DNA of 64,000 nt from Kiritimatiellia bacterium (GTDB lineage: Bacteria > Verrucomicrobiota > Kiritimatiellia > RFP12 > UBA1067), in NCBI GenBank assembly GCA_045536845.1, contig JAZSOG010000036.1, forward strand, positions 6,899 through 70,898. Reading direction: 5' to 3'. The notes below the pieces were generated by a model that saw nothing but the letters and a program-made list of their open reading frames with translations, searched no databases and had not been told where the DNA came from. The position numbers and the translations under genes were made by a program. Positions 45,727 through 54,354 of the stretch are shown here, piece by piece. The first letter of the stretch is position 1; every line of letters starts with the position of its first letter.

Positions 45727-47101
45727 GCCGCCGCGCGGCAGGGCGCGTCCGATGTGGGTGCGCATCGCGCTCTGGTCGTTCCTGTCGTTCGGGCTCCTCT
45801 TCACGTTCGTCGGGGCGCTGGTGATGTTCGCGACGCTGCGCCATACGACGAACGACTACCACGAGGTGCTCGTCCGGCTTTCGGGCGATCTGACGCAGGA
45901 GTACGAGGGGTGCGGGGGGGACGCGGCGAAGATGGCGAAGTTCTTCGCGGAGGACTCTGAGACCCACGGACGCGAAAACGTATTCCTTCTCGTCACCGAC
46001 AAGGACGGCGCGGTGAAGGTGAGCAGCACGCACAACAGGACGGTACTTGAGGAGATGGTCGAGAACGCGGCGTCCAAATCGACGACATACCGCATAGCGG
46101 GGGAGTCGGCGGACGGAAGCCGCCAAATCGCCGTGCGGGTGCGGAAGTCGTTGCTCGGCGACGGATGCGTGCTGTCCGTCGGGTACAACGTGACGAAGGA
46201 CGAGCTGCACGCGGTGCGGATGGGTGCGCTCGTCGGCTCGTCGCTCGTCTTCGTGTGGCTCGTCGGCGCAGGTCTCGGTGCGTTTCTCGGGCGGCGCTTC
46301 ACCGCCCCGCTGAGGAAGGTCGCAGACGCGGCGGGGCGCATAGCCGACGGAGACTACTCCGTGCGCGTTCCGGTGACGTCCGAGGGGCAGGAGATAGTCG
46401 ACCTCGAGAACGCGTTCAACAGCATGGCGGCGGAGAACGAGAAGACGCTTTCCGACCTGCGCGCGCTCACGGACGACATCGCGCACGACCTTAGGACTCC
46501 GCTTACGCGCATCCGGGCCGCTGCGGAGACTGCCGCGCTTGCAGAAGGAGAGCATCCGCTCGCCGAGGACGTCTGCGAGGAGGCGTCGTCCATGCTCGAG
46601 ATGATCAACACGATGCTCGACATATCGCAGACCGACAGCCGCATACGCCGCACGCCGCGCGAGCAGATCGAGATGGTCGCGTTCGTGGGGCACGTCATCG
46701 AGCTGTACTCGGTCCTTGCGGAGGAGTCGTCTGTCTCGCTGTCCGCCACGATGCCAGACGCGCCGCTGTACGTCTCAGCGCACAAGGGACGGCTTCAGCA
46801 GATGCTCGGGAACCTTCTCGACAACGCGCTCAAGTTCACCCCGAAGGGAGGCAGGATAGAGGTGCGGCTTTCGTCGGATCCGTTCTCGCTTTCCGTCGCA
46901 AACACGGGGCCCGGCATCCCCGCGTCGGACATCCCGCACGTCTTCAAGCGCTTCTGGCGCGGCGACGGCAGCAGGTCGCTTCCTGGCAACGGGCTTGGCC
47001 TCGCGCTCGTGAAGGCAATCGTGACGTCCTACGGCGGGAGCGTCAAGTGCGAGTCCACGCCTGGCGAATGGACAGTCTTCACCGTCACGGGCCTGTCGTA
47101 G
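45713..47101 (+). CDS. Sensor histidine kinase (2 TM, HAMP, HisKA, HATPase_c)
   Basis: It has the H-box DIAHDLRTPLT, the N-box LLDNALKFT and G-boxes (GLGLALVKAIV). It overlaps the response-regulator stop. Confidence 0.85.
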   Translation: MSSAEPPRGRARPMWVRIALWSFLSFGLLFTFVGALVMFATLRHTTNDYHEVLVRLSGDLTQEYEGCGGDAAKMAKFFAEDSETHGRENVFLLVTDKDGAVKVSSTHNRTVLEEMVENAASKSTTYRIAGESADGSRQIAVRVRKSLLGDGCVLSVGYNVTKDELHAVRMGALVGSSLVFVWLVGAGLGAFLGRRFTAPLRKVADAAGRIADGDYSVRVPVTSEGQEIVDLENAFNSMAAENEKTLSDLRALTDDIAHDLRTPLTRIRAAAETAALAEGEHPLAEDVCEEASSMLEMINTMLDISQTDSRIRRTPREQIEMVAFVGHVIELYSVLAEESSVSLSATMPDAPLYVSAHKGRLQQMLGNLLDNALKFTPKGGRIEVRLSSDPFSLSVANTGPGIPASDIPHVFKRFWRGDGSRSLPGNGLGLALVKAIVTSYGGSVKCESTPGEWTVFTVTGLS

Positions 47102-47192
47102 CCTAAAAGGCAAAATATGACTGGGGGGAAGCAGCGCGTCCGTCGCTTTATGTTGATTGATCTTCGAAAGGTGAAACGCCAACACGGATTTT

Positions 47193-47201
47193 TGATACAA
47201 T
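47193..47201 (+). promoter_or_regulatory. Extended -10 TGATACAAT driving the thiG riboswitch leader
   Basis: Read directly: tttTGATACAATatcc. Confidence 0.6.
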
Positions 47202-47294
47202 ATCCTTGTAACGGGGTGCTGCGTCGCACGGTGCGGCGTCGGCTGAGATCAGACCCGCGTACCTGAACCGGGTAATGCCGGCGGAGGAAGGATA
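47201..47294 (+). promoter_or_regulatory. TPP (THI-box) riboswitch upstream of thiG
   Basis: It is a near-paralog of the 40466 element: GGGGUGC ... GGCUGAGA ... ACCC ... ACCUGAACCGGGUAAUGCCGGCG. The P1 3' strand AAGGATA overlaps the GGAGGAAGGA ribosome-binding site. Confidence 0.9.
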
Positions 47295-47297
47295 AAA

Positions 47298-48062
47298 ATG
47301 AAGGACCTGGTTATCGGCGGCCGCAAGTTCAAGAGCCGCTTTTTTCTCGGAACGGGCAAGTTCGCATCGGGCGAAATGCTCAAACGCGCGCTTGCGGCGT
47401 GCGGAACTGAGCTCGTGACGACTGCGCTCACGCGCGTCCACGAAGGCGACGCGGAGCATGACGACATCTTGGGCGTAATCGACCGCTCGAAGGTCGAGGT
47501 GATGCTCAACACGTCCGGCGCGCGCAACGCGGCGGAGGCGGTGAGGATCGCGAAGCTCGGGAAGGCCGCGGGCTACAACTGGATCAAGATCGAGGTGCAT
47601 CCCGATGCGCGCTACCTGCTGCCCGACCCCGTCGAGACGCTGGAGGCCGTGAAGGAGTGCGCGAAGCTCGGGATGGTCGTGCTTCCGTACATCAACGCCG
47701 ACCCCGTGCTTGCGCGCCACTGCGAGGACGCGGGCGCGGCGGCGGTCATGCCGCTCGGAAGCCCCATCGGCTCGAACCGCGGAATCCGCACGCGCGACAT
47801 GATCGAGATCATCGTCGAGCAGAGCCACGTTCCGGTCGTCGTGGATGCGGGCATCGGACTTCCCTCCCACGCGGCCGAGGCCATCGAGCTCGGTGCTGAT
47901 GCCGTTCTCGCGAACACCGCCGTCGCAGCGGCGGACGATCCCGTCCAGATGGCGCGCGCGTTCGCACTCGCCGTGGAGGCCGCCGAAATCGGCATCAAGG
48001 CAGGTCCGCCCGCCGAGCGCTCCACCGCCAGCGCCACCAGCCCGATGGACATCTTCAAGTGA
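47298..48062 (+). CDS. thiG: Thiazole synthase
   Basis: ThiG motifs are GTGKF, IKIEV, LPDP, VMPLGSPIGS and DAGIG. Confidence 0.95.
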   Translation: MKDLVIGGRKFKSRFFLGTGKFASGEMLKRALAACGTELVTTALTRVHEGDAEHDDILGVIDRSKVEVMLNTSGARNAAEAVRIAKLGKAAGYNWIKIEVHPDARYLLPDPVETLEAVKECAKLGMVVLPYINADPVLARHCEDAGAAAVMPLGSPIGSNRGIRTRDMIEIIVEQSHVPVVVDAGIGLPSHAAEAIELGADAVLANTAVAAADDPVQMARAFALAVEAAEIGIKAGPPAERSTASATSPMDIFK

Positions 48063-48096
48063 CCATGCTGCCGACATATACGTCAAGGAGAAGACA

Positions 48097-48354
48097 ATGA
48101 CGACATACAACACGAAAGGAACGTGTTCGCGGGCGATCAACTACGAGGTCGCGGACGGCGTAGTGACGAAGTGCGAAATCGTCGGGGGATGCCCCGGCAA
48201 CACGCAGGGCGTCGCGAAGCTCGTAGTCGGACGAAAGGTCGAGGAGGTCATCGCGCTTCTGAAGGGCATCCAGTGCCGCAACGGCACCTCCTGCCCAGAC
48301 CAGTTGGCCCGAGCCCTGGAATCTGAAATCGCAGGCAAGGAGATAATTCCATGA
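48097..48354 (+). CDS. Small TSCPD-domain protein (TIGR03905-like)
   Basis: ORF 47845 trimmed to ATG 48097 (ribosome-binding site AAGGAG). It is 85 aa with GGCPGNTQG and TSCPDQL motifs. Confidence 0.6.
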   Translation: MTTYNTKGTCSRAINYEVADGVVTKCEIVGGCPGNTQGVAKLVVGRKVEEVIALLKGIQCRNGTSCPDQLARALESEIAGKEIIP

Positions 48355-48908
48355 AGAAGAACCTTGGAGTAAAGAACTGGATGTTCCCGATGCCCGTGCT
48401 GATGATCGGCACCTACGGCGTGGACGGCACGCCCGACGTGATGAACGCAGCGTGGGGCGGCATCACGCTCGAGGACGAGATCACGATCTGCATCGACACT
48501 TCGCACAAGACCTGGGCGAACATCGCCGCGCGAAAGGCGTTCACGGTAACCTTCGGAACAGCCGACGCGGTCAAGGCCTGCGACTACTTGGGGCTCGCGA
48601 GCGGCAACAAGACGCCGGACAAAGTGGCGAAGAGCGGCCTTACCGTCACGAAGAGCGAGTTCGTCGATGCGCCGATCGTCAATGAGCTGCCGCTCGTCCT
48701 CGAGTGCAGACTCGTTTCGATGAACGAGGAGAACTGCAATGTGGTGGGCAAGATTGTAAACTGCGCCGTCGAAGAGTCCGCCATGACGGATGGCAAGCCG
48801 GACGTGGGGAAGATGAAGCCCATCTGCTTTGACACCTGCCAGCACGTCTACCGTCTCATGGGCGCGTCCGTCGCCCCCGCTTTCTCCTGCGGCAAGGAAC
48901 TGATGTGA
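48351..48908 (+). CDS. Flavin reductase-like (FMN-binding split barrel) protein
   Basis: The length and pattern (PVLMIGTYG.DG.PDVMNAAW) are typical of Flavin_Reduct family proteins. Confidence 0.7.
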   Translation: MKKNLGVKNWMFPMPVLMIGTYGVDGTPDVMNAAWGGITLEDEITICIDTSHKTWANIAARKAFTVTFGTADAVKACDYLGLASGNKTPDKVAKSGLTVTKSEFVDAPIVNELPLVLECRLVSMNEENCNVVGKIVNCAVEESAMTDGKPDVGKMKPICFDTCQHVYRLMGASVAPAFSCGKELM

Positions 48909-48955
48909 TTCGCGGCGCAGCGAAGCATGGCAGAAATAGCCTAAAAAAGTATATA

Positions 48956-49654
48956 ATGTTTCCATTGAAGACTGCATCGTTCGGAATCGCCGTGCTCGTT
49001 CTGGCGCTGGCTGCGGGGTGCTGCAGCACCGCTGCGCGGGACGCTCGCGGCGGATTTGTCGCGCTAGCCGAGGCGGTGCCGGACGCGATTCTCGAGCCGC
49101 GGTACTATTCGACCTACAACTTCGTCGGCGAACGCATCGACGGATACGAAGAGCCGTGCGCGCTTTTGACGAAGGAGGCGGCGCGTGCGCTCAGGGCGGC
49201 GAGCGACGACTGCGTCAGGCGCGGCTACCGGTTGAAGATATACGACGCATACCGTCCGCAGCGGGCGGTCGCGCATTTCGTCCGCTGGGCGTCCGATCTC
49301 GGCGACACGCGGATGAAGCCGTATTTCTACCGCGACCTCGACAAGTCCGTGCTGTTCGAGCGCGGCTACATCGCAGGGAAGTCGGGGCACAGCCGCGGCA
49401 GCACAGTGGACCTTACGCTCTTCGACATGAAGATCGGCAAGGAAGTGGACATGGGCGGCACGTTCGACTGGTTCGGCCTCGAATCGCATCCCGACTACAA
49501 GGGCGTAACCAAGGAGCAGTACGCCAACCGCATGCTTCTCCGAGAGATCATGCTCGCCCACGGCTTCAAGCCGCTTTCGGAGGAATGGTGGCACTTCACG
49601 CTCGCGAACGAGCCCTATCCCGACACCTACTTCGACTTCCCGGTACGCGAGTGA
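48956..49654 (+). CDS. D-alanyl-D-alanine dipeptidase (VanX/DdpX, M15D) lipoprotein
   Basis: ORF 48905 trimmed to ATG 48956, which gives a lipobox signal (VLALAAGC). Motifs are YDAYRPQRA, SGHSRGSTVDLTL and WWHF. Confidence 0.8.
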   Translation: MFPLKTASFGIAVLVLALAAGCCSTAARDARGGFVALAEAVPDAILEPRYYSTYNFVGERIDGYEEPCALLTKEAARALRAASDDCVRRGYRLKIYDAYRPQRAVAHFVRWASDLGDTRMKPYFYRDLDKSVLFERGYIAGKSGHSRGSTVDLTLFDMKIGKEVDMGGTFDWFGLESHPDYKGVTKEQYANRMLLREIMLAHGFKPLSEEWWHFTLANEPYPDTYFDFPVRE

Positions 49655-49731
49655 ATACCTTTGCGGTGTCCAGTTCTGCTTCCGTTGCCAAGAACTTCAA
49701 GATGATTACCCTTGCATTGCGAAGGGAAATT

Positions 49732-49790
49732 TGGTTTAATGTGTCACATCTTCAAGGCATAAAGTTTGAAAGATGCAGTTTATGTCACAG
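49732..49790 (+). promoter_or_regulatory. hipBA promoter (TGGTTTAAT) with two TGT(G)-n-(C)ACA palindromic boxes
   Basis: Read directly: aatTTGGTTTAATGTGTCACAtc ... ttATGTCACAgg. The region is AT-rich compared with the flanks. Confidence 0.5.
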
Positions 49791-49802
49791 GAGTGAGACC
49801 TA

Positions 49803-50162
49803 ATGAATAGGATAGATGACATATCAGATGAAGCCCTGCTGAAGGAGGTTGGGCGCCGAATTGCGTATTTGCGCATTTCTGCGAAGATGAAGCAAGGAGA
49901 GCTGGCCGCGAAGGCCGGCCTGTCGCGCTATGCGCTTTCTCGCCTTGAGAACGGCGCAGGCGGCATTCGCCTCGATTCTTTTCTTTCGGTTCTTCGCTGC
50001 CTCAATGTCTTGAATAAGCTGTCGATCTTACTGCCGGAGCCAACTCCGACGCCGCTCCAGGTTGCGGAACAGGAAAAACATGCGATGAAAATGCCAAAGC
50101 GCGTACGGACTGTTCGTGCCAGGACAGAACGCACGTGGGGCGATGGGCAGCCTGCGCAATGA
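49803..50162 (+). CDS. hipB: XRE-family HTH antitoxin (HipB-like)
   Basis: It has the HTH KQGELAAKAGLSRYALSRLENG. It lies directly upstream of the hipA-like gene. Confidence 0.75.
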   Translation: MNRIDDISDEALLKEVGRRIAYLRISAKMKQGELAAKAGLSRYALSRLENGAGGIRLDSFLSVLRCLNVLNKLSILLPEPTPTPLQVAEQEKHAMKMPKRVRTVRARTERTWGDGQPAQ

Positions 50163-50177
50163 CGAAGAGGAATCGAG

Positions 50178-51476
50178 ATGCATAATACCGCGAATGTCTA
50201 TCTTTGGGGAACGCATGTGGGGACCGTGCTCCTTCAGGATGAAAGTCCGATTGCGAAATTCCAGTACGCCGACGCATTCCTCGACATGGGTGTGGAGGTG
50301 TCTCCGCTCAGGATGCCGCTTTCGTCGTCGGTGTTTGAATTCCCCGATCTGCCCATCAAGTCGTTTCACGGACTTCCCGGGCTCTTGTCGGACTCGCTGC
50401 CGGACAAGTTCGGCAACAAGGTGATTGCCGCATGGTTGCGAGAACAGGGGAAGCGTCCGGAAGACTTGAACGCCGTGGACAGGCTCTGCTATGCGGGTCG
50501 GCGCGGAATGGGTGCGCTTGAATACAAGCCGGCGCTTGTCGACAAGGAAGATGCAAGCGAACGGTTGACGGTTGATGCGCTTTCGGAACTCGCAGACAGG
50601 GTTCTCAAAGTGCGCGAAGACGCGAAGGCGTCGCTTGTTCCGGGCATCAGCGAATATGCCTCGATTCTCAAGGTCGGTTCTTCCGCCGGCGGCGCGCGTG
50701 CGAAGGCGCTCATCGGGTGGAACGAGGCGACGGGAGAGGTGAGGTCCGGACAGGTCGCGCTTCCCGAAGGATTCGGCTACTGGCTCATCAAGTTCGACGG
50801 GCTCACGGGAAACGGCGACAAGGAAGGCGACGACAAATGGGGCTACGGGCGCGTAGAATACGCCTACCATCTGATGGCCTGCGCGGCTGGAATCGAGATG
50901 ACCGAGTGTCGGCTCTGGAACAAGCGCCACTTCATGACGCGTCGTTTCGACAGACTTGCGGACGGCGGCAAGCTGCACGCGCAGACGCTCGGAGCTATTG
51001 CGCACTACGATTTCAACAATCCGGCGCTTTATTCCTACGAAGACGCCTTTGACGTCACCCGCCGCGTCGTGAACGATGCGCGCGCCAACGAGCAGCTATT
51101 TCGGCGCATGGCGTTCAACGTGCTGGCGTTGAACTGCGACGACCACGTGAAGAACATCGCGTATCTCATGGACCGGCGCGGCGAGTGGTCGCTCGCGCCT
51201 GCTTACGACGAGTGCTACGCGCACAATCCGGAAGGCGACTGGACCTCGCGCCACCAGATGTCCGTGAACGGAAAGCGCATCGGCATAACGGACGACGACA
51301 TCCTCTCCTGCGCGCGCTTCGCGAACATGCGCGAACGCAAGGCGCGCGCGGTTCTCGACGAAGTCAGGAGCGCGGTCCGAGACTGGCCGCGTTTCGCCGC
51401 CGAGGCGGAGGTCCGCGATGACTTCGTCGCGGCAATCTCGCTGCGGCTCAGCCAGCCGGGCGATTCCGGCGCATAG
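50178..51476 (+). CDS. hipA: HipA-family Ser/Thr kinase toxin
   Basis: It has the HipA N-terminal coupling domain (VYLWGTHVGTVL, LPGLLSDSLPDKFG). The kinase core motifs are GSSAGGARAKA, DDHVKNIAYLM and LAPAYD. Confidence 0.9.
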   Translation: MHNTANVYLWGTHVGTVLLQDESPIAKFQYADAFLDMGVEVSPLRMPLSSSVFEFPDLPIKSFHGLPGLLSDSLPDKFGNKVIAAWLREQGKRPEDLNAVDRLCYAGRRGMGALEYKPALVDKEDASERLTVDALSELADRVLKVREDAKASLVPGISEYASILKVGSSAGGARAKALIGWNEATGEVRSGQVALPEGFGYWLIKFDGLTGNGDKEGDDKWGYGRVEYAYHLMACAAGIEMTECRLWNKRHFMTRRFDRLADGGKLHAQTLGAIAHYDFNNPALYSYEDAFDVTRRVVNDARANEQLFRRMAFNVLALNCDDHVKNIAYLMDRRGEWSLAPAYDECYAHNPEGDWTSRHQMSVNGKRIGITDDDILSCARFANMRERKARAVLDEVRSAVRDWPRFAAEAEVRDDFVAAISLRLSQPGDSGA

Positions 51477-51507
51477 GCTTTGTCTGCACCCCCACCGCGC
51501 ATCCCAT

Positions 51508-51558
51508 AAAAATTACGCAACATTGCGTATCGCACTAATGCGTAATTTTTGATATAAT
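51508..51558 (+). promoter_or_regulatory. Perfect 12-bp inverted repeat (AAAAATTACGCA-19 nt-TGCGTAATTTTT) fused to the extended -10 TGATATAAT of the ATPase gene
   Basis: Read directly. The spacer holds a third half-site (TTGCGTAT). The 3' arm ends at the TG of the extended -10 (51550-51558). Confidence 0.7.
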
Positions 51559-51581
51559 GCCCAACGTAAGGAGGATACAGG

Positions 51582-52694
51582 ATGAAGATGCCATTCAGAT
51601 ACGGATGCGTTGTTGACGGGGAATACTTCTGCCCGCGTCCGGAATTGGAACGCCAATTACGCAGCTATGCGGAATCAGGTCAGAATCTTGTCATACAGGG
51701 AGAGCGCCGCATGGGCAAGACTTCTTTGGTCAAGAAGGCGATCTCGGGCATGAAAGGCGAGCGGCTTCTCTACGTAGACCTGTATGGCATCAGGACGTTG
51801 GCCGACTTTTGTCGGCGCGTGATGTCCGGCGTCGGAGGCGTAACGGAAAAGATGTCATTTCTGAAAAAGGCGCTTTCGCTTGCCCATCGGCTGCGTCCGG
51901 CCCTGACCATAGATTCAACGACCGGTGCGCCTACCATTACCGTGGATGCACGTGCAGCGTCGGAGCCGGATTCTCTTGGTGCCGTCATGGCAACCGTGAA
52001 GAAACTGGCCGAGGATGGTGGATTGTGCGTTGTCATGGACGAGTTTCAGGATTTGCTCAAGCTCGAGGATTCGGCGAAGATACTTGCGGAGATGCGCGGA
52101 ACGATCCAGTTTCAGGCGGATACGCCGTATTTCTATCTCGGGAGTTCCAGAAATGACATGCTTCGGATTTTCACGCATTATGACAGTCCGTTCTTCAAGT
52201 CCGCGCTGCCTTTCGAGGTGCCGCCGATTAACGAGGCGGCGTTCGTTCGGTTTATCGTTTCCCGATTTAGAAAGGGCGGATGTGAAATCGCCGCAGATGT
52301 CGCGCGATCCTTGATAAAGTTTGCGGACGGTGTTTCGGGCGACGTGCAGGAATTGTGCGACGCGCTGTGGAGCGTGACCAGTGAAGGCGCGTCGGTATCC
52401 GCAGACGATTTGCCGAAGGCATTGGCTGTCGTATTTGCAAGGGAGAAAAACGGTTTCGAGAATGCCATAGCCGACTTGACGCCCAACCAGCTGACCGTCC
52501 TCAGGGGGTTGGCGCAGATGGAATCCGCGCGCGTGTTCACGTCTGAGTTCATGGACAGCGTCCGCATTACAAGCCCCGGCGCCGTCAAGCGGGCGCTCAA
52601 TAGCCTTGTCGCGTCGCGCCTCATCTACCAAAACCGCACCGCGTACAAGTTCTCAAACCCATTCTTCAGGGAATGGCTGAAGGCTAATGCATGA
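51582..52694 (+). CDS. Orphan P-loop ATPase (archaeal-ATPase/STAND-like AAA) with C-terminal winged-helix-like region
   Basis: It has Walker A GERRMGKTS and Walker B CVVMDEFQ. The C-terminal region (LTPNQLTVLRGLA ... VKRALNSLVASRLI) looks like a wHTH. Confidence 0.75.
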   Translation: MKMPFRYGCVVDGEYFCPRPELERQLRSYAESGQNLVIQGERRMGKTSLVKKAISGMKGERLLYVDLYGIRTLADFCRRVMSGVGGVTEKMSFLKKALSLAHRLRPALTIDSTTGAPTITVDARAASEPDSLGAVMATVKKLAEDGGLCVVMDEFQDLLKLEDSAKILAEMRGTIQFQADTPYFYLGSSRNDMLRIFTHYDSPFFKSALPFEVPPINEAAFVRFIVSRFRKGGCEIAADVARSLIKFADGVSGDVQELCDALWSVTSEGASVSADDLPKALAVVFAREKNGFENAIADLTPNQLTVLRGLAQMESARVFTSEFMDSVRITSPGAVKRALNSLVASRLIYQNRTAYKFSNPFFREWLKANA

Positions 52695-52791
52695 GAGACA
52701 CGCAAGATAGAGCCTGGGCTGAAATTCTCGGTTTGCGCGTTGATGGCGAAAGAGGCCGCAGCTGCATTTTGATCGGCAGAAAGGTGAGCGC

Positions 52792-54354
52792 ATGGGCATT
52801 GATGTGAAAACACACGGCGACGACTTGTTTTCGGCTGCCGCATACGACGCCAGCCCGGCGCGGGCGCGCTCCGAGGCGCATGAGCGCGCGTCCGCGTTGA
52901 TCGCGGGGCGGACGCTCTCCGTCGGCAACGTCCTCGCGAGCGAGAATGCGCCGTTCTACGTGGCCATTCTTTCCGCTTTGGCCGACTTCCGCGCGGGACA
53001 CGAGTTCGAGCCGCTGTTCGAGGACGTGAGGGATGACGTTCTCGGCGAATCGCCGTCTCAGCGTCAGATCGACGAGTTCAACGCCGACCTCAAGCAGCTC
53101 GAGGACTGGAAGCTGGTCGAGCGGCGTATCGAGAAGATGCGCGTGAGGGGCTACCGCGACAACCGTCGCCGCAAGTTCCGCTTCCGCATCTGCGACGACG
53201 CGGCGTCGCTCGTGGAATGGCTACGCGCCCGCCGCGAGGAGGAGCTCAATCCGCGTGCCGTCGCCACGGACAACCTTCTCGGCTCGCTCAAGTCCGCGCT
53301 TGGAGAGATGCAGCGCACGCTGAGCCGCATGAAGGGCGGCGAGGTGGACGCGAACGCCGCGCGCGACGTGATGTACGGCATACAGCGCGCGGACGACCTG
53401 ACCGACGAGGTCGCGGCGAGCCTCCAGAAGCTCGACAAGCACCTCGACGACTTCACCCGCTCCGCCTACGACATCGGCGAGGCGCGCGAGGTCATCGATG
53501 AGCTGACGCTCTTCCGAGACCGGTTCATGAACCGCATCGGACGCCTCCGCCAGGAGATCGTCCCCGAGATCGACAAGCTGCGCACGCCGCGACAGCTTGA
53601 ACGCCTGGCCCGCTGCGAGGCCGTGTTCCGTGAGGAGTCGGGGAAGATGCGCCACATCGTGAGCGGACGCATCCCCGCGCCGCGCGATGTCCTCGACATG
53701 CTCATGCGCTTCTACGGTACGGACGGCAAGCTGCAGGAGCTGATGCGCCGCGTGTCGGATTCCGCGCGCAACGTCTGGAAGAAGCTGAGCGCCCGCCTCC
53801 GCGAACTGGAACGCCGCAACAGGCGGCTGGAGGACGTCGGGGCGCGGATCGCCGAATTCGCGCGGCTGCCGGAGGATGTCGTGCCGAGCGCATGGTTTCG
53901 CGTGCTTCTCCAGCCGGCGGCGATGTTCGGCGATATGCACATCCGCCCGGGCGTCAAGTCGCGCCCGCCTCAGCCGAATCTTGCCAAGAGCGGTGTCGCC
54001 GAGCGGACGAAGGCGTGGATTGACGAGCGGACGGACGCACCGGGCGCGCCGCGCGCGACATCCATGGACGAGGCTCGCCTCCGCGATCTGGAAGCCTGGC
54101 TCGTCGCGCGCGGGCTCAAGCCGGCGAACCACGGCGAGAGCGTCCGGCTGTCGTCCTGTCCAATGCAGGAGGACGGCGATTTCCGCAAGGTCATCGAGCT
54201 TGCGCGGAGCACGATACTCGGACGCGGCGCACGCGCGGCGCGGATCGGCGTGAAGGGGAGCGTTGTTGTCGGCAAAGAGGTAGCGCTCCATCTGGACGAG
54301 CGCCGCCTTGAATTCGAGGAACTTGAACTTTCGCAGACAGGAGAGATACGATGA
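52792..54354 (+). CDS. jetA: JetA-like (MksF/kleisin-like, DUF3375-type) subunit of a Wadjet-type operon
   Basis: A 520-aa helical protein, first gene of four tightly overlapping genes. Size and position fit JetA. The assignment rests on context, not on an HMM search. Confidence 0.65.
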   Translation: MGIDVKTHGDDLFSAAAYDASPARARSEAHERASALIAGRTLSVGNVLASENAPFYVAILSALADFRAGHEFEPLFEDVRDDVLGESPSQRQIDEFNADLKQLEDWKLVERRIEKMRVRGYRDNRRRKFRFRICDDAASLVEWLRARREEELNPRAVATDNLLGSLKSALGEMQRTLSRMKGGEVDANAARDVMYGIQRADDLTDEVAASLQKLDKHLDDFTRSAYDIGEAREVIDELTLFRDRFMNRIGRLRQEIVPEIDKLRTPRQLERLARCEAVFREESGKMRHIVSGRIPAPRDVLDMLMRFYGTDGKLQELMRRVSDSARNVWKKLSARLRELERRNRRLEDVGARIAEFARLPEDVVPSAWFRVLLQPAAMFGDMHIRPGVKSRPPQPNLAKSGVAERTKAWIDERTDAPGAPRATSMDEARLRDLEAWLVARGLKPANHGESVRLSSCPMQEDGDFRKVIELARSTILGRGARAARIGVKGSVVVGKEVALHLDERRLEFEELELSQTGEIR

